Notes: a model not told the origin generated them from the letters alone. DNA of 64,000 nt from Xanthobacteraceae bacterium (GCA_049796395.1 JBARER010000351.1:898-64897), one strand, 5' to 3'; counted from the first letter of the stretch, positions 1 through 9,229 are shown. Translations and numbers: made by a program.

Positions 1-2
1 AG

Positions 3-647
3 CCGGTGGTCTGGATCGACACGCTGGACTGGCCGCTGATGGAATTCCTCGATGCCGCCTGGGTCGATCACAACATGCCCGGCGCGCAAGGCAATACCAA
101 CGTGCAGGCCGTCACCGTCGAGGACGGCTATTCGCGCCATCTCTACGGTTACGGCGGCCTCAAGCCGACTTTCGTCAATCATCAGCGTGGTGTCGGCCAC
201 GCCCCCGCGCCGCTATTCCATTTCCGCGGCGAGAACGTGCTCGAAATGCTGCACGCGCTGCGCAAGGAAAAGGGCGACCCCTACGAGGGCATCAAGGTTG
301 ATTTCGTCAATCCAGTGACTGGCGAGCCGGTGTTCAAGACGCTGAATTACTCGGCACAGCTGCTGCGTCCCGGCGAAGAGACGCAATGGAAGCGCGAGAC
401 CGCCGGCACCTATTATGTCTGCATCGAAGGCTCCGGCGTCACCGAAGTCGGCGGCAAGCGGTTTGAATGGGGCCACAACGACCTGTTCGTGGCGCCGAAC
501 TTCCTGTGGCGCCGCCACATCAACGCCGGCAAGACCGACGCCGTGATCTATTCGGTGTCGGATGCGGCGCTGATGCGCAATATCGGCCAGTACTATGCGC
601 AAGGCCGCGCCAAGGGCGGCGAGGTAACGGAACTGGTGCTGCATTAA
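3..647 (+). CDS. gentisate 1,2-dioxygenase-family cupin protein, C-terminal part (5' end lies outside the window)
   Basis: The reading frame is open from the window edge. The translation (VWIDTLDWPLMEFLDAAW...HNDLFVAPNFLWRRH...YSVSDAALM) follows the pattern I know from the second cupin half of gentisate/1-hydroxy-2-naphthoate dioxygenases. A strong hairpin terminator follows the stop. Confidence 0.7.
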   Translation, partial: PVVWIDTLDWPLMEFLDAAWVDHNMPGAQGNTNVQAVTVEDGYSRHLYGYGGLKPTFVNHQRGVGHAPAPLFHFRGENVLEMLHALRKEKGDPYEGIKVDFVNPVTGEPVFKTLNYSAQLLRPGEETQWKRETAGTYYVCIEGSGVTEVGGKRFEWGHNDLFVAPNFLWRRHINAGKTDAVIYSVSDAALMRNIGQYYAQGRAKGGEVTELVLH

Positions 648-680
648 GCGGCAGCGCGCGACGGTACGGACTAAAGATAT

Positions 681-712
681 AAACGGAGCGCAGGTACCGC
701 GCTCCGTTTTTT
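681..712. terminator. bidirectional intrinsic terminator between convergent genes
   Basis: Perfect 11-bp stem AAACGGAGCGC (681-691) / GCGCTCCGTTT (699-709) with a 7-nt loop. It is followed by a T-run on the + strand and by TTTATATCTTT on the - strand. It lies between the stops at 647 (+) and 734 (-). Confidence 0.8.
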
Positions 713-733
713 CTTAGCCGTTTAGGCGGCGTG

Positions 734-988
734 TCAGGAAGCGTTGCCGCCGTTCTTCTTGCACTCGGATCTGAATTTTTTGCGGGCTTTGCCATGCAGG
801 GCTTTGGTATTGGCCTGATCGGTGCAAGATTTCGAGAGCGCCTTCTTATCCGTCCGACCGGCGGCAGCCGGCGGCGCGGCCGATTGAACTGACGGAGCCG
901 CGGGTGCGGGAGCGGGCGGCGGCGTTTGCGCGAAAGCGGCTGCCATTCCGAGGGCGAGCGAGAGAGCGACTGCGATGGAATATTTCAT
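734..988 (-). CDS. psiF: PsiF-family small secreted protein
   Basis: 84 aa with an N-terminal signal peptide (MKYSIAVALSLALGMAAAFA) and a Pro/Ala linker. The C-terminus has the PsiF-type motif C-x2-QA-x4-L-x-G-x-ARK-x-F-x3-C-KK. Confidence 0.6.
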   Translation of the reverse strand: MKYSIAVALSLALGMAAAFAQTPPPAPAPAAPSVQSAAPPAAAGRTDKKALSKSCTDQANTKALHGKARKKFRSECKKNGGNAS

Positions 989-1106
989 ACTGGAATCCTT
1001 TCTACAGGCGGTGGAAATGAATCGGCGGTGATAACCGGCGCAAGTTTGCTATACGTCTTAGCCGACGAAAAGCCGGCGGTCGCGCAATTTCGCACGGCCC
1101 AGCGCC

Positions 1107-1871
1107 TTATTGCTTCGGCGTGTGCGCGTGACCGTGCGGTTCGCCGATCATGTCGCCGCAGCCGGCGCGGTTCGCCCAATATTCCCAGGCGCGCCAAGTT
1201 GTCGCCGAATCCGGCCTATAGCTCTCGCCCTTGCTGCGCAAAGCGACCTCGCCCTTCGACAGCGGCTTCGGCTTACCGCCCATACGCAGCGCGTTCATCT
1301 GCACCCGCGCATTGCGCGGCAGATAGACCGACAGCCGCACCACGTCTACGATCGAGCGCCCTGCCGAAGCAAAGCCGTGGCCGCGCATCAACGCGACATA
1401 GCCCTTGCCCATGCATTTGGCCAGATCGCGGCCCTGGGCCATGTTGGTCACCAGCATATTGGTGTCGCCGAACTTCTTGCGGATGTCCCATACCGGTACT
1501 TTGCCGCCGATGAAGCTGCCGGAATGGATGACCGGCTCAAGCGGCTTGCTGATCAGTCCGAACGGCAGCGTGTCTTCCGCGTGAGCGTGAACCACCGCGG
1601 TGATGTCGGGACGCGCCGCGAAAATCGCCGCGTGGATGAAACGTTCCAGATAAGGCTGGCGCTTGTCACTGACCGGCTCGCCCTCCTGGTCGAATTCGAT
1701 CAGATCGTGGCGCTCGACCAATTCGGGCGCGCGCGAGCGCGACAGGAAGAACCGCTTCGGATTATCGGGATGGCGAACGCTGATGTGACCATAGGCATCG
1801 ACCACGTCTTCGTTGGACAGAATGCGGTTGGCGACGACGAGGTCACGCAATAGATCGTCGAGCTGGCTCAT
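1107..1871 (-). CDS. class II aldolase/adducin-family protein
   Basis: 254 aa with the N-terminal pattern LVVANRIL...DAYGHISVRHP and the HAH metal motif (AVVHAHAED), both typical of class II aldolase/adducin domain proteins. Confidence 0.75.
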   Translation of the reverse strand: MSQLDDLLRDLVVANRILSNEDVVDAYGHISVRHPDNPKRFFLSRSRAPELVERHDLIEFDQEGEPVSDKRQPYLERFIHAAIFAARPDITAVVHAHAEDTLPFGLISKPLEPVIHSGSFIGGKVPVWDIRKKFGDTNMLVTNMAQGRDLAKCMGKGYVALMRGHGFASAGRSIVDVVRLSVYLPRNARVQMNALRMGGKPKPLSKGEVALRSKGESYRPDSATTWRAWEYWANRAGCGDMIGEPHGHAHTPKQ

Positions 1872-1905
1872 GAGGCGGTCCTTTTCAGTGGGGGCTGCTT
1901 TTTCC

Positions 1906-1965
1906 GCTCATTCCCGCGTAAGCGGGAATCCAGTGCTGGGTCCGCCTGCGCGGGGACGAGCGGAG
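1906..1965. repeat. REP-like palindromic intergenic element
   Basis: Contains the hairpin ATTCCCGC-gtaa-GCGGGAAT followed by a second GC-rich imperfect palindrome (GTCCGCCTGCGCGGGGAC). I recognise the motif type as a common intergenic repeat in Bradyrhizobiaceae genomes. It lies in the 115-nt gap between two minus-strand genes. Confidence 0.5.
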
Positions 1966-1986
1966 TATATCGGATGGCACTGTTGC

Positions 1987-2967
1987 CTACCCGTAGGTCG
2001 GCACGAATAGATCGTCGACCTTCACCGGCGCGGCAATCAAGCCCAAATCCTGCTGGTATTGGATCAGCGCCTCCAGCGTCTGTCGGTTCGGCTCGATGCC
2101 GTACGGCCATGGATCGCCGTTGAACACCTCCCAGATATCGTCGATCTCGCGCATCAGAAACGGCGTCATGTAGCGCACTGCGCGCAGATTAAAGAGCTTG
2201 TCCAGCGCGATTTTCTTCGACCTGACGAAAGCGTCGTAAAGGCTGGTGGCGACGAACGGATAGCGCTCGTAGACGCTCTTCTTGATCGCAACCAGATGCA
2301 TGATTGGATAGATTTTCTTCCGCTTATAGAGGTCGATGTCGCGCGCCACATAGTCCGGAAACAGCCGCACGATGTCGGAATTGGTGCGGATTTCCTCGGG
2401 CAGACTCGTGCCCAGTGTCGCGTCGATCGCGCCTTCGGCGAGCAGCCGGCCGAGCGTCTTGCCAGTCCTGTTGTTCTCGATCGATATGCTCTTGAGCAGC
2501 GGCAGCACGGTCGGACTGCCATGCGCGCCCGCCGCATTCATCGCGCTCTGCACCCAATGGATTTTCGACAGGTCGACGCCGAATTCGCGGTACAGGATGC
2601 CGTTGATAAAGATGGCGGCCGTCATCGTATAAAGCGGCAGGCCGACACGTTTGCCCTCCAGGTCTTTCGGCGACTTGATGCCGGATTTGCGGTTGATAGC
2701 GATGAAGCCGAGGCGGAAGGCGATCGAAGGGAACACCGGAATTGCGACGAACGGGCATTCTTTGTTGGCGAAACGCTGGACGTATTCCGAACTCGAATAT
2801 TCCGCGACGTCGAACTCCTCGCCGCCGGACATGCGGTCGAAGATTGGCCGCGGCTGATCGATGGCGATGAAATTGAGGTCGATGCCCGCCGGCTTTACTT
2901 CGCCGGTATAGAGCGGCTGCATCCGGTCGTAGAGTCCGCACGCGAACGACAACTGTAATTTGGACAT
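1987..2967 (-). CDS. 4,5-dihydroxyphthalate decarboxylase-like protein (PhtD family, SBP-like fold)
   Basis: The translation from MSKLQLSFACGLYDRMQPLYTGEVKPAGIDLNF... matches the PhtD-family N-terminus. Start set at the ATG at 2967, which has GGGAGA upstream. The ORF-track extension to 3015 is Arg-rich and unlikely to be coding. Confidence 0.65.
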   Translation of the reverse strand: MSKLQLSFACGLYDRMQPLYTGEVKPAGIDLNFIAIDQPRPIFDRMSGGEEFDVAEYSSSEYVQRFANKECPFVAIPVFPSIAFRLGFIAINRKSGIKSPKDLEGKRVGLPLYTMTAAIFINGILYREFGVDLSKIHWVQSAMNAAGAHGSPTVLPLLKSISIENNRTGKTLGRLLAEGAIDATLGTSLPEEIRTNSDIVRLFPDYVARDIDLYKRKKIYPIMHLVAIKKSVYERYPFVATSLYDAFVRSKKIALDKLFNLRAVRYMTPFLMREIDDIWEVFNGDPWPYGIEPNRQTLEALIQYQQDLGLIAAPVKVDDLFVPTYG

Positions 2968-3052
2968 TGGGCGGCGTTCTCCCTGTCTTTTCCGGGAAGC
3001 GTTAGCACGGACCACCGGGAACCAGGAAGGCCGCGCACATGAGGGCGGTTCG

Positions 3053-4753
3053 TCAGTGCAACTCTTTGCGCAAAATCTTGCCGATATTGCTTTTGGGTAG
3101 ATCGTCGCGGAATTCGACGATGGTCGGGCGCTTATAGCCGGCGAGCCGATCGTGCAGGAATTTGCTCAGATCGATCTTGGTCAGCGCCGGATCGCGCCTG
3201 ACCACGAACAGTTTCACCGCTTGGCCGGTCCGCAAATCCGGCACGCCGATCACGGCGGCCTCCAGCACACCTGGACACTGCATGGCGACGTCCTCGACTT
3301 CGTTGGGAAAGACCTTGAAGCCGGAGACGTTGATCATGTCCTTCTTGCGATCGAGCAGCGTCAGGAAACCTTGCGTGTCCAACACGCCGATGTCGCCGGT
3401 TTTCAGCCAGCGATCGGCGGTCAGAACCTGCGCCGATTCCTCCGGCCGGCCCCAATAGCCCAGCATCACCTGCGGGCCGCGCACCCAGACCTCGCCCACT
3501 CCGCCGGTGGCAAGCGTGCTCCCGGCGTCGTCGCGGATGATCACTTCGGTCGACGGCACCGGTAAACCGACCGTGCCGACCTTCGGCTTGAAAAAAGGAT
3601 TGATGCAGACGACCGGCGAGGCTTCGGTCAGGCCGTAGCCCTCGACCAGCTCGCTGCCGGCGATTTCGCGCCAGCGACGCGCCACTTCGCTCTGCACGGC
3701 CGCGCCGCCGCCCACCGAGACGCGCAGCGCGCTGAAGTCGATCGTGGCAAATTCCGGCGTGTTGACCAGCGCGTTGAACAGCGTGTTGACGCCCGACATC
3801 CAGGTAATCTTGGCGCGCCGCATGATGCGGATAAGACGATGCAGGTCGCGCGGATCCGGAATGAGATAGTCCAATCCGCCCAACAGCGCGAAGGTCAACA
3901 GGTTCGCCGTGAGCGAGAAGATGTGATAGAGCGGCAGCGGGGTGAGTACCCGCTCATGTTCGAGCTGTGCACCGGCCCCGGTCCACGCCAGGCATTGCAA
4001 GCTATTGGCGACCAGATTGCGCTGCGAGATCATTGCGCCTTTCGGCACGCCGGTCGTGCCGCCGGTGTATTGCAGGAGCGCAATGTCGGCCGGGCGCACC
4101 GGCGCGTCCTGGTAACGCTCGCTCGGCGGGCGATCGCAAGCCTCCTGCAGCATGCTGAATTTGTCGAAGCTATAGGCCGGCACCGCGTGCGCGATATAGG
4201 AGTTGGCGAAATTGAATGCCCAGCGCTTGAGCATCGGCACGAAATCGCCAAGCCGTGCGACGACCACGTGACGGATATTGGTTTCGCCGATCACGCCCTG
4301 CAGCTTGTGGGCAAAGTTCTCCATAATCACGATGACCGTAGCGCCGGAGTCGGCAAGCTGCCCATGCAATTCACGTGGCGTGTAAAGTGGATTGACGTTG
4401 ACGACCGTCATCCCGGCGCGCAAGGCGCCCAGGAAGGTCACCGGATAGGCCAGCATGTTGGGCAGCATGATCGCGACGCGTTCGCCGCGGCGGCAGTCCG
4501 CCTCCTCGACCAGGAAGGCGGCAAAGTCGCGGCTGTCGCGCTCCCATTGCGCATAGGTCATCTGTGCGCCCAGGCATTCGAAGGCGGGGCGCGGCGCGTG
4601 CTGCCGGCAGGCCTCGATCAACATCGCCGGCAATGACGGATAGATGTCCGGATCGATGGTCGCCGGCACGCCGGCCGGGTAGGACGCAAGCCAAATGGGA
4701 TCGGTCCCGACGGCGCTGGCGGGCGACGCCTCGCTCGGCGTAATCAGCGTCAT
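3053..4753 (-). CDS. AMP-dependent acyl-CoA synthetase/ligase (long-chain-fatty-acid--CoA ligase-like)
   Basis: AMP-binding motif LQYTGGTTGVPKGAM, GYGLTE, and C-terminal GKILRKEL. The N-terminus WLASYPAGVP is like FadD. Start chosen at MTLITP (4753). Confidence 0.85.
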   Translation of the reverse strand: MTLITPSEASPASAVGTDPIWLASYPAGVPATIDPDIYPSLPAMLIEACRQHAPRPAFECLGAQMTYAQWERDSRDFAAFLVEEADCRRGERVAIMLPNMLAYPVTFLGALRAGMTVVNVNPLYTPRELHGQLADSGATVIVIMENFAHKLQGVIGETNIRHVVVARLGDFVPMLKRWAFNFANSYIAHAVPAYSFDKFSMLQEACDRPPSERYQDAPVRPADIALLQYTGGTTGVPKGAMISQRNLVANSLQCLAWTGAGAQLEHERVLTPLPLYHIFSLTANLLTFALLGGLDYLIPDPRDLHRLIRIMRRAKITWMSGVNTLFNALVNTPEFATIDFSALRVSVGGGAAVQSEVARRWREIAGSELVEGYGLTEASPVVCINPFFKPKVGTVGLPVPSTEVIIRDDAGSTLATGGVGEVWVRGPQVMLGYWGRPEESAQVLTADRWLKTGDIGVLDTQGFLTLLDRKKDMINVSGFKVFPNEVEDVAMQCPGVLEAAVIGVPDLRTGQAVKLFVVRRDPALTKIDLSKFLHDRLAGYKRPTIVEFRDDLPKSNIGKILRKELH

Positions 4754-4923
4754 GCAGCCCCCGGCGAATGCATCGATGGCATCCACGGCATCATGGGTGA
4801 TTCTATCACCGAAGGCATGAATAGTATCCTCGCGCCCCTGCGCCAAGGCGTACGGCACGGACTAAATTTAACCCCAGGGGAAGCCGCCGATGCGCCCCAT
4901 TTCCCCATTGAACACCGACTGCC

Positions 4924-5715
4924 TCACCGGGCTTGGCCGACCGGCTGGGCGAACGCACAGGCGTGATCCTGCAATTCCTCGCCACCGGCGTTATCGCCGC
5001 GCGCCGGATCAGCACGATCTTCCAAAATGACGAAACCGGGCACGTTACCGGCAAAGCGCATGCCGACAACGACCAGGGTGTATTCTCCCATGGCGGCTCG
5101 GGCTCCCGGTATGCCGGAAGCCAAAAGCGCGACTGGATCTTGCCCGACGAGCGAGCCTCCGGTCACGCGTAGGGCGCGATAATCATGACCGGCAAACGGC
5201 GTCTTAAGCCGCGCCCAGCGCGCGCCGATGGCGGCACGTTGGCGCAACAGCGCGTCGCGCACGTCGGCGCGAACACAATCGATGTGAATATGCAACTGGT
5301 TCTGCGAACGAGCATGTTCGGAATTCATGGCCAGACTGAGCGTGTCGCGCGGCATATCATGGCCAAGGACATGCTCGACGAATGAGCGTGCTTGCCACGC
5401 TTTGGCAAAATAATTGACGGCGTGCGGCGCGTACAGCGCGCGGCTTTCGATTCCGGAAATCCGTTCCGTCGGGATCAGCAGGAACTGTGTCGCGCCGTTG
5501 CGATCCTTAATGACGGCGTATCCTTCGCGGAGATCAACTGCGACGCACGGTGGCGTCAGAACGCGATGCTGCTGCTGTTCCGGGATGCATTGACCGTGAA
5601 CGATCTGCCAGAGAGCATTCGGATTTTGCGCCTGCGCGGCCGCAACAGGGCCGAGCAGCGCAACGGCCAATGCCGACGTCGCCGTCAGCCTTCGCGCCCT
5701 CCACCCGGGCCGCAT
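4924..5715 (-). CDS. cdh: CDP-diacylglycerol pyrophosphatase
   Basis: Signal peptide MRPGWRARRLTATSALAVALLGPVAAAQA, then LWQIV...CVAVDL..GYAVIKD..G..QFLLIPT..ISGIE and QLHIHIDC, which are Cdh-family hallmarks. Start at 5715, which avoids overlap with the upstream gene stop at 5727. Confidence 0.75.
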   Translation of the reverse strand: MRPGWRARRLTATSALAVALLGPVAAAQAQNPNALWQIVHGQCIPEQQQHRVLTPPCVAVDLREGYAVIKDRNGATQFLLIPTERISGIESRALYAPHAVNYFAKAWQARSFVEHVLGHDMPRDTLSLAMNSEHARSQNQLHIHIDCVRADVRDALLRQRAAIGARWARLKTPFAGHDYRALRVTGGSLVGQDPVALLASGIPGARAAMGEYTLVVVGMRFAGNVPGFVILEDRADPARGDNAGGEELQDHACAFAQPVGQAR

Positions 5716-5726
5716 CCGATGGGCGC

Positions 5727-6725
5727 CTAACTTGCCAGCCCGACGAATTTCTCCAGCGTCATGGGGTTGCCTTTCTTCTCCGGCTCGCGCGGCTCGATGC
5801 CGGCGAAGCGGCTCGCCTCGGCAAACCACTGCGCCCGCGCCGGCAATTGCCAGTTGCGGCGGGCGGCGTAGGAGGCATCCCAGCGCACCGGCTCGTCGTC
5901 GATATCCATGCATTGGTAGTGCGTATTGAACAATTCGATGCGGTGACCATCGGGGTCACGCATATAGACGAACAGCGCATGGCCGGGGCCGTGCCGGCCC
6001 GGGCCGAACTCGATATTGTCAGCAAATCCCATTTGCGCGGCGAGATCGCAGACATAGAAGAACAGATAGGATTCCGGAATGCTGAAGGCGGCATGATGCA
6101 GCCGCGGGCCAGCGCCATTGGCAAATACGATATCGTGTGGATTGCCCTTGCGCTGCAGGAACACGAACATCGGCACGTCGCTGCCGTCCGCGGCGATATA
6201 TTCCGACAGCCGGAAGCCCATCGCGGCATAGAACTCGAGCTCGCGTGCTACGTCAGGTACGAGAAGCTGGAAATGATCGATCCGCTGCGGCACCGCGCCG
6301 CGGTGATCCTTGAACGAAACGACGAGCCGCGGCTTGCGCTCCATCGTCGCGCAAAACTCGAGCGGTGCACCCAGCGGATCGGCGACATGAAGCGTGCGGT
6401 CCTGATGCGGCCGCTCGACCCACTGTGCCGGCAGACCGGCTTTTTCGAAATAGAATTTCGCCTTTTCTAGATCTTCCTCGGAGAAGCACCGCATACCGAC
6501 GCGTTCGGCGCGCGCCGCCTCGGCGCGCTTGAGCACCAGCGAATGGTGGCTCGCCTCGGCGACACCGCGCAGGTAGATCGCATCGTTGTCCTCGGCGCTG
6601 ACGATGAAACCGATAAGATCGACATAGAAGGCGCGGCTTTTGCCGAGGTCTTTCACGTGCAGCACCGAGTGACTGGCGCGCGTGACATTGAACGGCGGAT
6701 TGTAATTTGGCTTGGGGATGCTCAC
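5727..6725 (-). CDS. type I extradiol ring-cleavage dioxygenase (3,4-dihydroxyphenylacetate 2,3-dioxygenase-like, VOC superfamily)
   Basis: Closely parallels homoprotocatechuate 2,3-dioxygenases (RIDHFQL, GPRLHHAAF, GPGRHG..NA.F.Y..DPDGHRIE). GTG at 6725 has GGAG 7 nt upstream and gives a homologue-like N-terminus. The ATG at 6773 is the alternative start. Confidence 0.75.
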   Translation of the reverse strand: MSIPKPNYNPPFNVTRASHSVLHVKDLGKSRAFYVDLIGFIVSAEDNDAIYLRGVAEASHHSLVLKRAEAARAERVGMRCFSEEDLEKAKFYFEKAGLPAQWVERPHQDRTLHVADPLGAPLEFCATMERKPRLVVSFKDHRGAVPQRIDHFQLLVPDVARELEFYAAMGFRLSEYIAADGSDVPMFVFLQRKGNPHDIVFANGAGPRLHHAAFSIPESYLFFYVCDLAAQMGFADNIEFGPGRHGPGHALFVYMRDPDGHRIELFNTHYQCMDIDDEPVRWDASYAARRNWQLPARAQWFAEASRFAGIEPREPEKKGNPMTLEKFVGLAS

Positions 6726-6879
6726 GAAGGACTCCGGATTTAAATTTTTGTGGACCAATAGTTTAAGGAGCATAGCAAAAGCGCGAGCTATACGGCAGCC
6801 GCGTATAGAAGCAACCGAGCGATGCCGAAATAGCAGCCACCCATCTACGGGAGAATTGCCGAGTTAGTCGATGATAAAA

Positions 6880-6912
6880 TTGCCTGGGTTTCGCTGCGCG
6901 AAACCCAGGCAA
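6880..6912 (-). terminator. intrinsic terminator of the 6944-8506 gene
   Basis: Perfect 15-bp stem TTGCCTGGGTTTCGC / GCGAAACCCAGGCAA with a 3-nt loop. On the minus-strand RNA it is followed by UUUUAUCAUC, 32 nt after the stop codon. Confidence 0.8.
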
Positions 6913-6943
6913 ACTATGCCAAATCGCGCGATGCGGCTGCGGC

Positions 6944-8506
6944 CTAATTGTGGTTCTGAGCGAACAGCTGCCGGCCCATGGTGTTGAAACGCGCCTTCTG
7001 GTCGTCGCTGAGCGCGTTGTAGAAGTTCGCCAGCGCCGGCTGCACGGTCTCTACCGCCTGGAGCATCGCTTGCAACCGCTTGCCAACGGCGGCAAGCCGC
7101 TCAGGGGGCGTCGCCGGCGGCTCACTCGGGCAAGCAGCCTTGATTGTGTCGCCGGCTTGCGACAGCGCGGATTGCAGCGCATCGAGCTTGCTGCGCTGCG
7201 TATCGCTCGGATTCACGGCGCTGTCGATCTGATCGGTCGGCCAAGCCATGACTTTGGCGCCGCATTGCGCCTGGAGGCTGGGCGTATCCTGCGCATTTTC
7301 CGGCTTCGCATTGTTTTGCGTGGCCGGCGGCGCAATGTCGTTGAAACGGGCTTTTTGCTCGTCGGAGAGCGAGTCATAAAACTTTGTCAGCGGCGGGTTG
7401 ATGATATTCACCGCTTTGACGAGCGTCTGCAATTGCTCATGCATTTGATCGAGCCGGTCCGTCGGCGTGAAGGCCACGCTGGTCGGACAGTTCATCCTGA
7501 TCTGATGGCTCGCCTCGACGATGGCATTGCCGAGATCATCGAGAAGCGCGGTTTGCTGCTGATTCGGCTGAACGGCGTCTTGGATCTGATCGATCGGCCA
7601 GCCGGTCACCTCGGCCGCCTCGTCGTTGCAGCTTTGCGCCATGCCTTCCGTCAGCGTTGCCATGCGCGCCGGCGCGCCGGAACCCTGGACGTAGTCGCCG
7701 TAATCGTAAGGAGAGAACACCGCTTCATAGAGGTCGCCATAGCCGTAAACCCAGAAAGGATCAGCGTATTCGTAGTCGTCCGGCCACAGCGAATAATAGA
7801 AAAAGTCGCCATAGGCGTATGGCCAGAACAGCGGGCCGACCCAGCCGAGGTGGTCATAAGGGTGCCAGCCGTGGTGCTGCCAGTCGTGGCCCCAGAACGG
7901 CCGGAAGGCGGCATTGGTGGCCAACCGGCGACGATCTCTGAATCCTCTTGGACTGGCCGCGTTTGCCAGCGGCCGCACACGCGCATTGGTCAAGGCGCGG
8001 TTGTTGGCGTTCGCATTCAGGCCGCGGTTGCGCGCGTTCGACGTGCCGGCGGTGTTGTGAGCATGCCGATTACGACCGGGCGCGAACTGCGAAGCGGCAT
8101 TGGTCTTCACTGAAGAGCTTACGGCGCGGCTGCCGCGGGACCCCCGAACGTGCGCAATACGGTTTGCAGCGCCGAAATTATGATGATGCGCAACGGTGAC
8201 GTTACGGTGCGGAAGGCTGAGATTATTGTGCGCCGCTCTGACGCGTGGTGTGAAATGCGGGCGCGCGGCGCTGACATGCGGGGTGAAATGAGGCACTGCG
8301 GCACGAGGAGCGAAGTGAGGCACCGCACGGGGTGCGGCAATGTGGGGCGGGGCGTGCGGTGGCGGCGGATGCCCTCCCCCGTGGCTAGGAGCAGGACCGG
8401 GCTTTGCCGCCAGCGCAGTCCCCGTCACGCTGCAGAGCAATAAACCGGCCGCGGCTAGGACGGCGGCAGCTTTCCATTTTGTAATGTTGTCCGGCAATCT
8501 GCGCAT
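6944..8506 (-). CDS. secreted protein with a His/Pro/Arg-rich repeat region, an aromatic/acidic region and two tandem LTXXQ (Spy/CpxP-like) modules
   Basis: Start at MRRLPDNITKWKAAAVLAAAGLLLCSVTGTALA (signal peptide). It has repeats of the (A/V)PHF(A/T)P(R/H) type. A Trp/Tyr/Asp-rich block follows (WGHDWQHHGWHPYDHLGW...YGDFFYYSLWPDDYEYADPFWVYGYGDLY). It ends with two paralogous ~110-aa modules finishing in FY(D/N)(S/A)LSD(E/D)QKARFN. Confidence 0.7.
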   Translation of the reverse strand: MRRLPDNITKWKAAAVLAAAGLLLCSVTGTALAAKPGPAPSHGGGHPPPPHAPPHIAAPRAVPHFAPRAAVPHFTPHVSAARPHFTPRVRAAHNNLSLPHRNVTVAHHHNFGAANRIAHVRGSRGSRAVSSSVKTNAASQFAPGRNRHAHNTAGTSNARNRGLNANANNRALTNARVRPLANAASPRGFRDRRRLATNAAFRPFWGHDWQHHGWHPYDHLGWVGPLFWPYAYGDFFYYSLWPDDYEYADPFWVYGYGDLYEAVFSPYDYGDYVQGSGAPARMATLTEGMAQSCNDEAAEVTGWPIDQIQDAVQPNQQQTALLDDLGNAIVEASHQIRMNCPTSVAFTPTDRLDQMHEQLQTLVKAVNIINPPLTKFYDSLSDEQKARFNDIAPPATQNNAKPENAQDTPSLQAQCGAKVMAWPTDQIDSAVNPSDTQRSKLDALQSALSQAGDTIKAACPSEPPATPPERLAAVGKRLQAMLQAVETVQPALANFYNALSDDQKARFNTMGRQLFAQNHN

Positions 8507-8827
8507 CGAGGTCCCTCCATCGCACCACCCAAACGCTCGGCCGTCCGCTCTGTTCCGATACCTCCGGGTTAGTGATTGTTGCGACCCGCCGTCAGTGCAT
8601 CGCATATCGCTTAAGGCTCAATCGCCGCTTAGTCGATCATCAGAGCATGCGTGCCGCCCAACGAATTGCTCTCTTGTCCTTCGTGAGTTGAGCTATCGTG
8701 CCTCAAGCCTATGGCAGGCTTGGTGTTGGGAGGGAACTTAATGCACACCAGAAAGTTCGCTTCTACGCGGAGTGGCGCGCGGCGGGGCAATCGCGCATAA
8801 ATACGGTCAGACAACAAGCGAGCAATC

Positions 8828-9229
8828 ATGCGCGTCGCGCACTTTGTTGTTCTGGGGGCTTTGGCTTTCGGCCTCGCCAATTGTGGGCAAGGCTCAAAGG
8901 GCGATCCCGGCCCTACCGGTCCGGCAGGACCGAAGGGCGATCCCGGTCCGGCGGGTCCGGCGGGTGCTGAAGGCCCGCCTGGGCCAGCAGGTCCCCAAGG
9001 TGTGCAAGGACCGCCAAGTCCGACCCTACGCGTCGTCCGCGCCAACTGCTTGACGTCGGGAAATTGCGCTGTCGGCTGTCGGGAAAATGAAGTGCTGATC
9101 ATGGCCTATTGCGGCCCGACGCGGAATCCCGCGACTTTCGTCGGCGAACGGCAGGCAACATGCGGGGTGGAAGCGACGACTGCCAACGCGCCGGCGGTTG
9201 CAGTGTGCGTCGCGTCTCCGCCACCTTGA
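8828..9229 (+). CDS. collagen-triple-helix-repeat lipoprotein with Cys-rich C-terminal domain
   Basis: Lipoprotein signal with lipobox ([11 protein letters not shown]). 13 uninterrupted Gly-X-Y triplets follow ([39 protein letters not shown]), then a ~70-aa domain with 6 Cys. Confidence 0.7.
   Translation: MRVAHFVVLGALAFGLANCGQGSKGDPGPTGPAGPKGDPGPAGPAGAEGPPGPAGPQGVQGPPSPTLRVVRANCLTSGNCAVGCRENEVLIMAYCGPTRNPATFVGERQATCGVEATTANAPAVAVCVASPPP

Noticed and set aside
8629-9102. Minus-strand ORF that also reads as collagen-like Gly-Pro repeats
   Set aside because: It is the reverse complement of the GGN-CCN repeat of the plus-strand gene. It has no signal peptide, its Gly-X-Y register is interrupted, and its flanks are non-coding-like. 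The plus-strand lipoprotein reading is far more coherent.
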